The notes under the pieces are model-generated. The model was not told where the DNA came from and did not search any database. It saw only the letters and a program-made list of their open reading frames with translations. Of a DNA stretch of 64,000 bases, positions 55,316 through 64,000 are shown in pieces. Source of the DNA: an uncultured delta proteobacterium (GTDB taxonomy: Bacteria > Desulfobacterota > DSM-4660 > Desulfatiglandales > Desulfatiglandaceae); assembly GCA_963747555.1 (NCBI GenBank), contig CAVVFZ010000029.1:8876-72875 (forward strand), read 5' to 3'. The translations under genes and the position numbers were made by a program. Numbering within the stretch: position 1 is the stretch's first letter; each line of letters opens with the position of its first letter.

Positions 55316-55903
55316 ATGAAAAAAATACAATCTTTCTCTTTAGGCCTGTTCGTTGCGCTGCTTATCCTTTTTATGGGGGCATGGGATTCAGAAGCTGTCT
55401 CCCAGGGAACCTCTGGCGGAGAGCAGGAAGACCTGCGAGCCCTCCTGCCGGAAGACGGTGCCATAGCAGGATGGAAAATTGCACCAGGTTCAAAAATATT
55501 CAAACCGGAGGACCTTTGGGAACAGATCGACGGACAGGCGGAATTCTACCTTGATTATGGGTTTCAACAGCTTCTTACCGCGGACTATACCCCATCGGAA
55601 GGGACCCATTTCATTACCCTGGAAATCTATCAGATGGAAAATCCGGATGATGCCTTCGGGATTTACGCCGCCGAACGGTCCCCTGAAGAACATTTTCTCC
55701 AGGGAGAGTTTCAGGGGTATTCAGGAAAGAACTTCCTGAACTTCTGGAAAGGTTCCTGCTACGTAAAGCTTGCCTCTGTTCAAAATGATTCGGACATGGG
55801 CGCAACCCTGTTAGAACTCTCCGGCATCATCGCGAAAAAGATAAAAGGCCCCAACACGGAACCTGCATTGTTCTGCTCTGTTTTCCCGAAAGGAGCAGGG
55901 TGA
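55316..55903 (+). CDS. Secreted hypothetical protein
   Basis: Signal peptide MKKIQSFSLGLFVALLILFMGAW. I recognised no catalytic motif. Confidence 0.6.
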   Translation: MKKIQSFSLGLFVALLILFMGAWDSEAVSQGTSGGEQEDLRALLPEDGAIAGWKIAPGSKIFKPEDLWEQIDGQAEFYLDYGFQQLLTADYTPSEGTHFITLEIYQMENPDDAFGIYAAERSPEEHFLQGEFQGYSGKNFLNFWKGSCYVKLASVQNDSDMGATLLELSGIIAKKIKGPNTEPALFCSVFPKGAG

Positions 55904-56259
55904 AAAGGAGTGAACGGTTTATCCCCAAAAATTTCCTGGGACAACCCTACATGAAAAACGGTTACCGGGTGGACTATGCACAAGGAGAATTCAAGTATCA
56001 ACTATTCCTGATCCGGAATGCTTCCCAAGAGGAAGCGAAGCAGGTTTTTGAAAAATATCAGAAGTTCCTCGCATCCAAAGATGAGATTCTTCTGCCCATG
56101 GAAAGACCGGGCTACCGGGAACTTGCCGTCAAGGGGAAAAATGAATCTGTCTTTCAATACAAGGCATTCGTAGGCGGGATTTTAAACGCTGGCGGCTTCA
56201 AAGGAGCCGGCATGATCATCGACGAAGTTGTCCAGAGATTGAAGAAAGATGGAAACTAA
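55900..56259 (+). CDS. Hypothetical protein (GTG start overlapping the previous stop as GTGA); may be the C-terminal half of one frameshifted gene
   Basis: An AAGGAG Shine-Dalgarno lies 4 nt before the GTG. The sequence reads as a plausible continuation of the upstream ORF (..FPK... / ..SERFIPKNFLG..). Confidence 0.5.
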   Translation: MKRSERFIPKNFLGQPYMKNGYRVDYAQGEFKYQLFLIRNASQEEAKQVFEKYQKFLASKDEILLPMERPGYRELAVKGKNESVFQYKAFVGGILNAGGFKGAGMIIDEVVQRLKKDGN

Positions 56260-56307
56260 ACTGTATTCACAAGCATTTGCATCAAGTAGATCCATGAGGG
56301 CGCGAAT

Positions 56308-56565
56308 GTATCCTATTCAAATTTCCTGGTAGCGCGGAGTACACAGCCGGCGAACCATTCCGTCACGAGGTCTTTTTTGTTGCCGTATCTGATTCCTACG
56401 GATGCGCCGGTCCTTCTATGCTGGTACGGAAAAATGGAGGTATGACAACAGCTTCCTTGTACCAGCATAGAAGGACCTCTCGACGGTCTGTGAAGGCACA
56501 TCCAAGATGCGGCAACAAAAAAGACCTCGTGACTCCATTTCTGCCAGGATTTTTGAATAGGATGC
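56308..56565 (+). mobile_element. Full-length MITE copy B (archetype) with perfect 8-bp target-site duplication
   Basis: Termini are GTATCCTATTCAAA and TTTGAATAGGATGC. GCGCGAAT occurs at 56300-56307 and again at 56566-56573. It has 28-bp basal arms and a perfect 19-bp apical stem, GGTCCTTCTATGCTGGTAC / GTACCAGCATAGAAGGACC. Confidence 0.9.
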
Positions 56566-57326
56566 GCGCGAATGTGCCGAGATGGGTAAGAACTGTTTTC
56601 CACGATTTTGGAAAACACAAAATGATCGAAACCAGGTTCATTGTTCGCCAGACGTGTAAGGAGTTCTTCGGCGGAGATTTGATAATCTCCCCCGGAAACA
56701 TACCTGCAAAACCATCCGCGCACTTATCATTCTAAGTTCGTCCACAGGAGATTCACTCCCTTTCCAGCGTTCTGGAATCATCACGAGCCATAACTTGATT
56801 GAATTATTTCCTGATGGAAAAATACTTGGACCTCTCCGGTTAGTCAAGTCACTTCAGACCCTGAAAGGGGCCACACTCGGAATCATTCCATTTGAATGTG
56901 CAGGGGCGACAAACCCTTGCCATGACCAGTCTATAACAAGGGCATCTGTTTTCATAACCGTAAACCGGTAACTGGAAACCGTGGACAGCTACTTTCTTTT
57001 CCCATCAGCGCCCATTTTGCGAATGGGGCAAAACCCTCAAAGTTTCCTTTTCAGGAAGGAAAACAAATGACAATAGTTTCCTCATGGACAAGGAAACTTT
57101 GTGGCCATGATCATGGCCAACTTTGTCAACGCGTCTTACAGCGTGCAGGGTGTGGATACGGCAAAAAGAGAAGTGAGTGGTCTGGAAAATGTAAAGAGCC
57201 TCCATCCGGAGGCCCTCGATGCCCTCGTGCTAAACGATTGGGACCCGGGTTTAATTCCGACAAACACAAAGGTTATCCCGGCCTGGCAATTTCTTCTGTT
57301 CGGCTTCAAATAGAAATCGTCTTCCC

Positions 57327-57692
57327 CTACCTTCCGGGCACGATGATGCGGGACTCATTCTTTTTCTGTGCAGCCTGCTGCTGCTCCTGCATCTGCTTCG
57401 ACCTCTCCACCATCTCTTCAAGAGCTTTCTTCATGGCGCCGGGAAATTCTTCTATGGCATCTTGGAGGGTGGTCGCCTGTAACAGCGTTTGAAGCGGAAC
57501 AAATCCCTGAGGGGTATTGAGCTGGGTGTGTCCTACAAAGATGGTTTGACGGCTTTCATCGTTTGTCCCATCCGGTTTGATGGGCCGGAGACACCTGATA
57601 GATCCAACTTTGAGATCCGTAACAGACTCCTCGCGACACAGATTTTGCTTGTTAAAAGTAAAGTCGATCTGACCCTGGTTGCTTTCCGTCAT
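57327..57692 (-). CDS. Hypothetical cytoplasmic protein, 121 aa
   Basis: The ATG at 57692 is preceded by a GGGAGA Shine-Dalgarno. It has a Q/E/K-rich C-terminus and no recognised domain. Confidence 0.55.
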   Translation of the reverse strand: MTESNQGQIDFTFNKQNLCREESVTDLKVGSIRCLRPIKPDGTNDESRQTIFVGHTQLNTPQGFVPLQTLLQATTLQDAIEEFPGAMKKALEEMVERSKQMQEQQQAAQKKNESRIIVPGR

Positions 57693-57751
57693 TGTTTTTC
57701 TCCCTGGAGTTTTGCCCAATTATTCCTGTTTATGGCACTTTAAATTGACTT

Positions 57752-57838
57752 GTATCCCAATTCAAATTCCCCGGGCCAATCCCAAATCCGGAAAATCCCC
57801 TGCCGCCGGGGTGCTTGAACAAGGCAGCTTAATTGCTC
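57752..57838 (+). mobile_element. Degenerate internally deleted MITE copy G
   Basis: GTATCCCAATTCAAATTCCCCGGG ... CTGCCGCCGGGGTGCTTGAACAAGGCAGC parallels the two ends of mini copy D. The flanks AATTGACT / AATTGCTC are only loosely similar. Confidence 0.45.
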
Positions 57839-58000
57839 TTTGCATTTTTACCTATCATGACAAGGGGCAAATAGCAACCTCCGTCTCCAGTTTTGCTTTG
57901 ACTTTAAAGAAGAGTTTTTTTTATACTCCTCCCTCCGAAAATGAAACATTATGGATTTGCCCAATGAATCAACGGGGCTGATTAAAAAGGGATAATAATC

Positions 58001-59128
58001 ATGTCAAAGGCTCTCGAAATGATGGCGGATAGACTCCGCAACGGCCCGGCCGTGCTTGCCCAAATCAAGGCCGGAACATCCAAAAAGATGATAGGATATT
58101 TCTTCCCGGTGTTCCCGGAAGAACTGATCTACGCAGCCGGACTCCATCCTGTTCAGATTTACCCCCTCTTGCAGGAAATGATTACGGACGCGGATGCCCA
58201 TCTTCAATCCTACCTCTGTTCCTACGTAAGAGCGACCTGGGACCAGGTGCTCAAGGGAAAGGCTTCCTACCTGGACGGCATCATCATTCCGAGAAGCTGT
58301 GAGGCCGTCACGTTCCTTTACCAGACGTGGAAGCGGAACCACCCTCTTCCATTTACAGAGTATATCAACGTGCCATGGAAGAAGAGCGAAAACACCATCC
58401 TTTTTTTTACAAAGGAACTTGAAAGGGTCAGGAACCACCTGGAAACCTTTACGGGGAATAAGATCTCCAATAAATCCCTGGAGGAGGCCATCGCGTTATA
58501 CAACAGGCATCGGTCACTCATGAGGAAGGTCTATGACCTGCAAAAGGCTGACGTCCCTCCCCTTTCCGGGCTGGAAACCCTTCAGATGGCCATGTCCGGT
58601 TTCCTCCTCGACAAAGAGGAACATTCCCAACTATTGGAGGAGGCTTTGACGGAAATCGAGCAAAGGTCCGCTCCTTTAGAGTCGCCCGTTCGGCTCCTTC
58701 TTTCCGGGGGATGCGTCATCGATGTCCGGCTCTGGGAAATGATAGAATCCTGCGGCGCTTCCATTGTCGCGGACGACGTCGCAAATGGCGCCCGGGCATT
58801 TTCCCATACCGTGGAGGAAGGCCAAGATCCCCTTGCCTCTCTGGCCAAAGCTTACATATCGGTCCCCTGTGCTTTCAATACATCCCTTGCGGACCGGTTC
58901 GCGTTTGTTTCGACGGTCATCAAGAGTCACAGGATCAAAGGCGTTATCTTTGCCATCAACAGAAACTGCGAAACGGAAAAGTTTGATTATCCGGAACTGA
59001 GCAAAATGATAAAGAAGGAATTCGGCATCCCCACTTTCCTTATTGAAACCGATTACATGAGCAACATGGAACCCCTGCGGACACGCATAGAAGCGTTCAT
59101 TGAGATGCTGCGGGACGACGGAGAGTAA
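58001..59128 (+). CDS. 2-hydroxyacyl-CoA dehydratase / benzoyl-CoA reductase BcrB/C-type subunit family protein
   Basis: The N-terminus KKMIGYFFPVFPEELIYAAGLHPV is typical of the HgdB/BcrC (PF06050) family; 375 aa. Confidence 0.75.
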   Translation: MSKALEMMADRLRNGPAVLAQIKAGTSKKMIGYFFPVFPEELIYAAGLHPVQIYPLLQEMITDADAHLQSYLCSYVRATWDQVLKGKASYLDGIIIPRSCEAVTFLYQTWKRNHPLPFTEYINVPWKKSENTILFFTKELERVRNHLETFTGNKISNKSLEEAIALYNRHRSLMRKVYDLQKADVPPLSGLETLQMAMSGFLLDKEEHSQLLEEALTEIEQRSAPLESPVRLLLSGGCVIDVRLWEMIESCGASIVADDVANGARAFSHTVEEGQDPLASLAKAYISVPCAFNTSLADRFAFVSTVIKSHRIKGVIFAINRNCETEKFDYPELSKMIKKEFGIPTFLIETDYMSNMEPLRTRIEAFIEMLRDDGE

Positions 59129-59132
59129 AGCG

Positions 59133-60353
59133 ATGGGGGAAGAGAAAAAAAGGGAACGACCGTCCTTTAACAAAGATGTCTCGAAAGCCATGGCGAGGCA
59201 CTATACCCATGTACAGACCAAACGGCCTCTGGCCTATACACTGATGTCCTCAAACCCGCTCATCGAGGTGGCCTATGCGGCGGACATTCAACCCGCGTTT
59301 CCGGAAAACTACGCCTGCGTAACCGCGGCCAGACATAAGTCCGGGGAGTATTGTGAAAGGGCGGAGGCCGCAAGTTATACGCAAGACATTTGTTCCTATT
59401 GCAGAAACCACCTGGGCTACATCAACAGTTCGGACGCGGACCCTCCCATGGGGGGCATAGGAGACCCGGATCTGCTTCTCATGAGCAGCAGCGCCTGTAC
59501 ACACTATTTTAAATGGTGGGATACCCTTCGAGAGATAACCGGCAAACCCCTTATTTTTGTAAATACCCCCCGGGTCATGGAAACAAAGGCCGTGCCCGAC
59601 TACTATCTGCCGTTTACCATGGAAGAGATCAGGCTGGCCATCGCCGAGATAGAGAAGGTCCTGGGCATTCAAATCAGTCCGGAGAGACTCGCACAGGCGG
59701 TCCACCTGAGCGACCAGGTGGTCCTTTACTGGCAAAAAATCCTGGAACTTCAAAAAGCAATTCCCGCTCCCCTGGGGCTCTCCGATCTGGGAAACGCCCT
59801 TTTCGTCCTGATCGTGCTGGCAGGCACACAGGAAGGGGCGGACCTTATGAAAAAAATTTATGAAGAAACCGCCCAACGGGTAGAGGCGGGAACGGGAATC
59901 CTGGAAAGGCAGGAGGAAAAACACCGTCTCCTGTGGTTGAACATCCCATTCTGGCATAACCTCAAGATCTTCGGGTACTTCGAAGAAAGGGGGTGCGCCT
60001 TTCCCATGGCGGACTACAGCCAGTACATATGGGGCGCCACGCGGATGGACAGTCGGCATCCTTTGGAAAGTCTGGCCCGCAAGGCCCTTTGGGGCGAACT
60101 CAACACCAGCGTGGATGCCCATATCGACAGGATAATCGACGACATTCATGCGTATGGAATCGACGGCGTCGTCGCCCACTCAAACAAAAGCTGCCGTGTA
60201 CTGTCCGTGGGCGCCCTGGACGCCGTGCACGCCATACGGGAGAGGCTGGGCATTCCGGTGCTCATCCTGGACGGAGATCATGCCGACGAGAGAGCGGTTG
60301 CCAAGGATGGGCTGATGAACCGGATCGATATTTTTCTGGATATGCTTGGATGA
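59133..60353 (+). CDS. 2-hydroxyacyl-CoA dehydratase family protein (HgdA-like partner subunit)
   Basis: Same family layout (PLIEVAYAADIQPAFPENYA, conserved Cys residues CSYC). It starts 5 nt after the previous stop. Confidence 0.75.
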   Translation: MGEEKKRERPSFNKDVSKAMARHYTHVQTKRPLAYTLMSSNPLIEVAYAADIQPAFPENYACVTAARHKSGEYCERAEAASYTQDICSYCRNHLGYINSSDADPPMGGIGDPDLLLMSSSACTHYFKWWDTLREITGKPLIFVNTPRVMETKAVPDYYLPFTMEEIRLAIAEIEKVLGIQISPERLAQAVHLSDQVVLYWQKILELQKAIPAPLGLSDLGNALFVLIVLAGTQEGADLMKKIYEETAQRVEAGTGILERQEEKHRLLWLNIPFWHNLKIFGYFEERGCAFPMADYSQYIWGATRMDSRHPLESLARKALWGELNTSVDAHIDRIIDDIHAYGIDGVVAHSNKSCRVLSVGALDAVHAIRERLGIPVLILDGDHADERAVAKDGLMNRIDIFLDMLG

Positions 60354-60370
60354 AAGGGGAAAACACGAGA

Positions 60371-61780
60371 ATGACGAAACAATGGCCGCCCGACTATGAT
60401 GAGGATTATTTCCCCGCGGGAGATACCGCCTACTGGAACCGAGAAGTGGAAACCATGGATCCGGAGGAGCGGGAACAAAAGATCATTCTTCCAAAGCTGC
60501 AGGGACAGTTAGCATACGCCTATGCCCGCTCGCCCTTTTACAGGAAAAAATGGGACGAGGCAGGCGTAAGACCCGAGGATATTCAATCCCTGGAAGATTT
60601 TGAACAAATTCCTTTTGTAACCAAAGACGAAATTCGCCGGGATCAGTTGGAACATCCGCCCTTCGGCAGTAACCTCTGCATACCCAAAGGTGAAATTGCA
60701 AGGGTTCACGGGACATCGGGAACAACGGGAAAACCGACCGCTTTCGGCCTGAGCAGGGACGACATGAAGCGAATTGCAGAGGCCCACGCAAGGATCATGT
60801 GGGGGTTTGGAATGCGTCCCGAAGACACCGTCTTTATCGGCTCCTTTTTCAGTCTGTATATGGGAAGCTGGGGAGCCCTGGTGGGAACGGAACGGCTGGG
60901 AGCCGCGGTATTCCCCTTTGGCGCAGGCGTCCCTGGACAGACGGAACGGGCCATCGAATGGATGCAGGAGGTCAAACCGACCATCTTTTACGGCACTCCT
61001 TCCTACAGCCTTTATCTTGCCGAAAAGGCCAGAAACCTGGGGGTCGATCCTCGCATCGATTTCGCGTTTCGCATCCTTTTCTTCTCGGGTGAACCGGGCG
61101 CCGGGGTATCCTCCACCAAAAAGCGCATTGAAGAAATCTACGGCGGCATCTGCATTGACTCGGGCTCCACGGCGGAGATGACCCCATGGATGGCAAACTG
61201 CGAATGCAGTCATCGGCAGGGGATGCACCTGTGGCAGGATATCGTCTACGCGGAGCTGGTGGATCAGGAGACGAAAAGGCGGGTGCCCTATGGATCGGAA
61301 GGAGTCACGATCTACACCCATCTCGAACGAACCAGCCAACCCATGATCCGTTTCTGGGCCGGGGATATTTCCCGATGGACAAACGATCCCTGCCCCTGTG
61401 GCCGAACCTATCCCCGCCTGCCTCGCGGGGTGTACGGAAGGGCCGACGACATGTTTGTGGTGCGAGGCGAAAACGTTTATCCCAGCGCCATAGAAGAGGC
61501 CATCCGGGGAATCGAAGGTTTCGGGGATGAATTCCGAATCATCGTCACCCGGGAAAAAACCATGGATGAATTGATCGTGCAGGCCGAGCCGATCCCCGGG
61601 CTGGAATCCTTGCGCGTGCGGGAACTGGCAGGACAACTGGGAACTGCATTGAAGAAACGGGGGCTGAGGACCACGGTACAGATGCTCGAACCCGATACGC
61701 TGGAAAGAACGGAGTTCAAAGCCAGAAGGGTGATCGACCGGCGAGACCTTTACGAGGAGATCCGGAAAGGCCAGGCATGA
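60371..61780 (+). CDS. Phenylacetate-CoA ligase-like adenylate-forming enzyme (PaaK / F390 synthetase family)
   Basis: FYRKKWDEAGV, VHGTSGTTGKPT (AMP-binding core), and a DDMFVVRGENVYP C-terminal motif. I chose the ATG at 60371; the longer ORF from 59993 overlaps the upstream gene. Confidence 0.85.
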   Translation: MTKQWPPDYDEDYFPAGDTAYWNREVETMDPEEREQKIILPKLQGQLAYAYARSPFYRKKWDEAGVRPEDIQSLEDFEQIPFVTKDEIRRDQLEHPPFGSNLCIPKGEIARVHGTSGTTGKPTAFGLSRDDMKRIAEAHARIMWGFGMRPEDTVFIGSFFSLYMGSWGALVGTERLGAAVFPFGAGVPGQTERAIEWMQEVKPTIFYGTPSYSLYLAEKARNLGVDPRIDFAFRILFFSGEPGAGVSSTKKRIEEIYGGICIDSGSTAEMTPWMANCECSHRQGMHLWQDIVYAELVDQETKRRVPYGSEGVTIYTHLERTSQPMIRFWAGDISRWTNDPCPCGRTYPRLPRGVYGRADDMFVVRGENVYPSAIEEAIRGIEGFGDEFRIIVTREKTMDELIVQAEPIPGLESLRVRELAGQLGTALKKRGLRTTVQMLEPDTLERTEFKARRVIDRRDLYEEIRKGQA

Positions 61781-61846
61781 GGGCTCGGCAGCTGATCGCT
61801 GAAGAAACATCTTTTACATCCAACCCCGATTGAAAGGTGGGTGATC

Positions 61847-62338
61847 ATGTCCCAAAAGAAAGAGATCGCATCTTCGGAATCACAGGAAGGCATTCACACC
61901 ATACGGACCAAGGAGATTATCTTCGCCATCCGCAGGCTGATGCAGGCGGGCGAGCATTACACGAAGGAGCTGAACAAGATTTACAATGTCAGCGCGGCCC
62001 AGATAAACTGCCTCATCGCCCTCCAGGAACACGGACCCCTTTCTCCTTCCCAGATCGCCAAACACGTGATGGTCAATTCCAGCACAATCACCGGGATCAT
62101 CGACCGATTGGAGAAAAAAGATCTGGTGAGGCGTTTGAGGATATCGCCGGACCGCAGGGTGGTTACGGTCGAGTTAACCAAGGCCGGCCAAATACTGGCG
62201 CAAAATGCCCCTCCGCCCATACAGCAGAAGCTTATTGACGGACTTCAAAGACTCTCCCCGAAGGAAATCGACGAAATCGCTTCCACTCTCAAAAGGCTCA
62301 TCGATATGCTGGATGTGCGGGATCTGAAGGTGACTTAA
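61847..62338 (+). CDS. MarR-family transcriptional regulator
   Basis: The winged-HTH segment LSPSQIAKHVMVNSSTITGIIDRLEKKDLVRR. The ATG at 61847 comes after an AGGTGG Shine-Dalgarno. Confidence 0.85.
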   Translation: MSQKKEIASSESQEGIHTIRTKEIIFAIRRLMQAGEHYTKELNKIYNVSAAQINCLIALQEHGPLSPSQIAKHVMVNSSTITGIIDRLEKKDLVRRLRISPDRRVVTVELTKAGQILAQNAPPPIQQKLIDGLQRLSPKEIDEIASTLKRLIDMLDVRDLKVT

Positions 62339-63096
62339 TGATCAAACCATATCCCCATCCAATTATGAAAGTTGATAAGCATCCGAATTCACCGAACAAA
62401 CGCAAGCGAGTAATGTTAATCCACGCCTTGAGGGAATCGATGGACCCCATCCACAAGGCATTCGGGACCCATTGGCCCGAAGCCGAAATATACGACCTGC
62501 TGGATTCCTCCCTTTCCGCGGACCATGCCGGCAACCGGGGAGTTCTTGATGAAAAGATGATGGAACGCTTCCAAACCCTGGGCCGTTACGCCGCCGTCGC
62601 CGGTCCCGGGGGTCAAGCTACGGATGGAATACTGTTCACCTGTTCGGCCTTTGGCCCGGCTATCGACGCCGTAAAACAGGAACTGGGGATCCCCGTTCTT
62701 AAACCTAACGAAGCGGCTTTTGCAAGAGCTCTTAAAACCGGACATCGTATCGGCCTGCTGGTAACTTTCCAGCCGTCACTGCCGTCACTTTCCGCCGAAC
62801 TGCGCGCCATGGCGGCGGAGAAGAAGATTCCCCTCGAATTGGAGGCCCGGGTCATTCCCGAGGCACTGGCTGCCTTGCGCCAGGGCAAGCCGGAGGAGCA
62901 CGACAATCTCATCGCCCGGACAGCGGCCGGACTGGGCCCGGTGGATGCCCTGGTTATCGGGCAGTTTTCCATGGCCAGGTCCGCCAAAGCCGTCGGTCTT
63001 CGGGTGAATGTCCCTGTTATCACTACGCCTGACAGCGCCGTGTTGGAGTTGCGCCGATTGCTGGAGGCGCCTGAGGGCGGTCCGATGGGAGTCTAA
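62338..63096 (+). CDS. Asp/Glu/hydantoin racemase-superfamily protein (racemase or arylmalonate-decarboxylase-like)
   Basis: ILFTCSAFGPAID and ALVIGQFSM Cys/Ser-containing half-site motifs. Its start overlaps the marR stop (TAATG). The exact start is uncertain. Confidence 0.6.
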   Translation: MIKPYPHPIMKVDKHPNSPNKRKRVMLIHALRESMDPIHKAFGTHWPEAEIYDLLDSSLSADHAGNRGVLDEKMMERFQTLGRYAAVAGPGGQATDGILFTCSAFGPAIDAVKQELGIPVLKPNEAAFARALKTGHRIGLLVTFQPSLPSLSAELRAMAAEKKIPLELEARVIPEALAALRQGKPEEHDNLIARTAAGLGPVDALVIGQFSMARSAKAVGLRVNVPVITTPDSAVLELRRLLEAPEGGPMGV

Positions 63097-63112
63097 GAAC
63101 AGGAGAATCATA

Positions 63113-64000
63113 ATGGAACGGAAAATCGGATTTATCGGGCTGGGAGAAATGGGGAAATGGATGTCTCTGAATTTGGTAAAGGCCGGTTTCGATGTTTCGG
63201 TCTTCGACATCAACTCTGCTGCCGTCACATACCTGACCGACCGTGGCGCCAAAGCATCTCAATACCCCGCGGAGTTGGCGGGCCGGGTCGACTGGATATT
63301 TCTGAGCCTGCCGGACGCCCGAGTGGTTGAAACGGTTATATTCGGAGAAAACGGCATTATTCACGGTGCAAAAAAGGGTCTGGTAATCGTCGATTTCAGC
63401 ACGATCAGCTATATCCGGACCCTGGACATTGAGCGAAAGCTGGAGGATAGAGGCATTCTTTTCGCTGACGCCCCGATTTCCGGAATGGAGGCCAGAGCCA
63501 GGGAAGGCAGTTTGACGATTATGTTCGGGGGAGACCGGAACATTTTCGAGACGCTTCAACCGGTACTGAACGTCATCGGAAAGGATATCGTCCACATGGG
63601 GAAAGTGGGCAACGGCCAGTTGACCAAGCTGATCAACCAGTTGCTTTTTAATGTCTGTTGCGCCGGAATTGCCGAGGTGCTCCCCATGGCAGCCAAGCTC
63701 GGACTCGATCCTGAAAAAGTGACACAAGTCGTCACCACCGGGACAGGTCGAAGCTTTGCAGCGGAATTTTTTCTGCCGCTGACCCTTGAGAACCGGTTCG
63801 ATCAGGGGTATCCACTGAAATCCGCCTATAAAGACATGATCAGTGCCACGGAAATATCGGCCCACGAGAAGATCCCCCTGCCTGTGGTGCAGGCAGCCGC
63901 CACGACATTTAAGATGGCCTTGCTGCAGGGACTGGGCGACGAGAGCAAAGGGGCGCTTATAAAGGTTTTTGAACGTATGCTCAATGTGGAGTTTCGTAAA
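63113..64000 (+). CDS. NAD(P)-dependent 3-hydroxyisobutyrate / 2-hydroxy-3-oxopropionate reductase-family dehydrogenase (3-prime end outside the window)
   Basis: This ORF is missing from the supplied track because it runs off the window edge. It shows IGFIGLGEMGKWMSLNL (Rossmann), DAPISGMEARAREGSLTIMFGG and GNGQLTKLINQ. AGGAGA lies 6 nt before the ATG. Confidence 0.85.
   Translation, partial: MERKIGFIGLGEMGKWMSLNLVKAGFDVSVFDINSAAVTYLTDRGAKASQYPAELAGRVDWIFLSLPDARVVETVIFGENGIIHGAKKGLVIVDFSTISYIRTLDIERKLEDRGILFADAPISGMEARAREGSLTIMFGGDRNIFETLQPVLNVIGKDIVHMGKVGNGQLTKLINQLLFNVCCAGIAEVLPMAAKLGLDPEKVTQVVTTGTGRSFAAEFFLPLTLENRFDQGYPLKSAYKDMISATEISAHEKIPLPVVQAAATTFKMALLQGLGDESKGALIKVFERMLNVEFRK

Noticed and set aside
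55895-55906. TGA at 55901-55903 as a selenocysteine or read-through codon joining ORFs 55316..55903 and 55900..56259.
   Set aside because: The downstream ORF is in a different frame, so read-through of the TGA cannot join them.
57101-57313. 70-aa ORF (MAMIMANFVNASYSVQGVDTAKREV…) in the spacer downstream of copy B.
   Set aside because: No Shine-Dalgarno and no recognisable motif. It also overlaps another equally unconvincing ORF (57067..57492).

Overview
This is a 64-kb, gene-dense chromosomal segment with about 55 protein-coding genes on both strands. All calls come from reading the ORF translations and the DNA by eye; no database search was run. The gene content suggests an anaerobic Desulfobacterota or syntrophic deltaproteobacterium-like organism, but that is inference only.

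Recognisable content:
- an oxidative pentose-phosphate operon (rpiB-tal-HAD-gnd-zwf)
- two envelope proteases (M16, HtrA), a UPF0182 membrane protein and a SYLF-LysM protein
- ubiE-ubiG and a separate ubiB
- a BKACE / 3-hydroxyacyl-CoA dehydrogenase operon whose promoter-proximal genes are decayed
- a CCC-type transporter, pcm, and an hsp20-hsp20-dnaJ-like operon
- a PAS / CheB-CheR fusion / hybrid histidine kinase cluster
- a 1085-aa transporter-HEAT-cNMP fusion
- a 2-hydroxyacyl-CoA-dehydratase-like gene pair with a PaaK-like ligase, MarR, a racemase-family gene and a dehydrogenase

I recognised no rRNA, tRNA, CRISPR array, prophage or transposase gene.

The strongest signal not explained by genes is a repeated ~255-bp palindromic element present at seven or more intergenic loci. 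It has 14-bp terminal inverted repeats (GTATCCTATTCAAA), 8-bp target-site duplications (perfect at two loci), internally deleted derivatives, and compensatory base changes in its long hairpin. I read it as a non-autonomous MITE family whose hairpin may itself be functional.

The second theme is decay. At least three genes (zwf, a ModE-like regulator, a Cache-domain protein) are broken by single-nucleotide indels at short homopolymers. Several gene relics are also present: a 3-hydroxyacyl-CoA dehydrogenase, a LivJ-type binding protein, a sigma-54 activator C-terminus and a receiver-domain tail. These are either real pseudogenisation or assembly indel errors.
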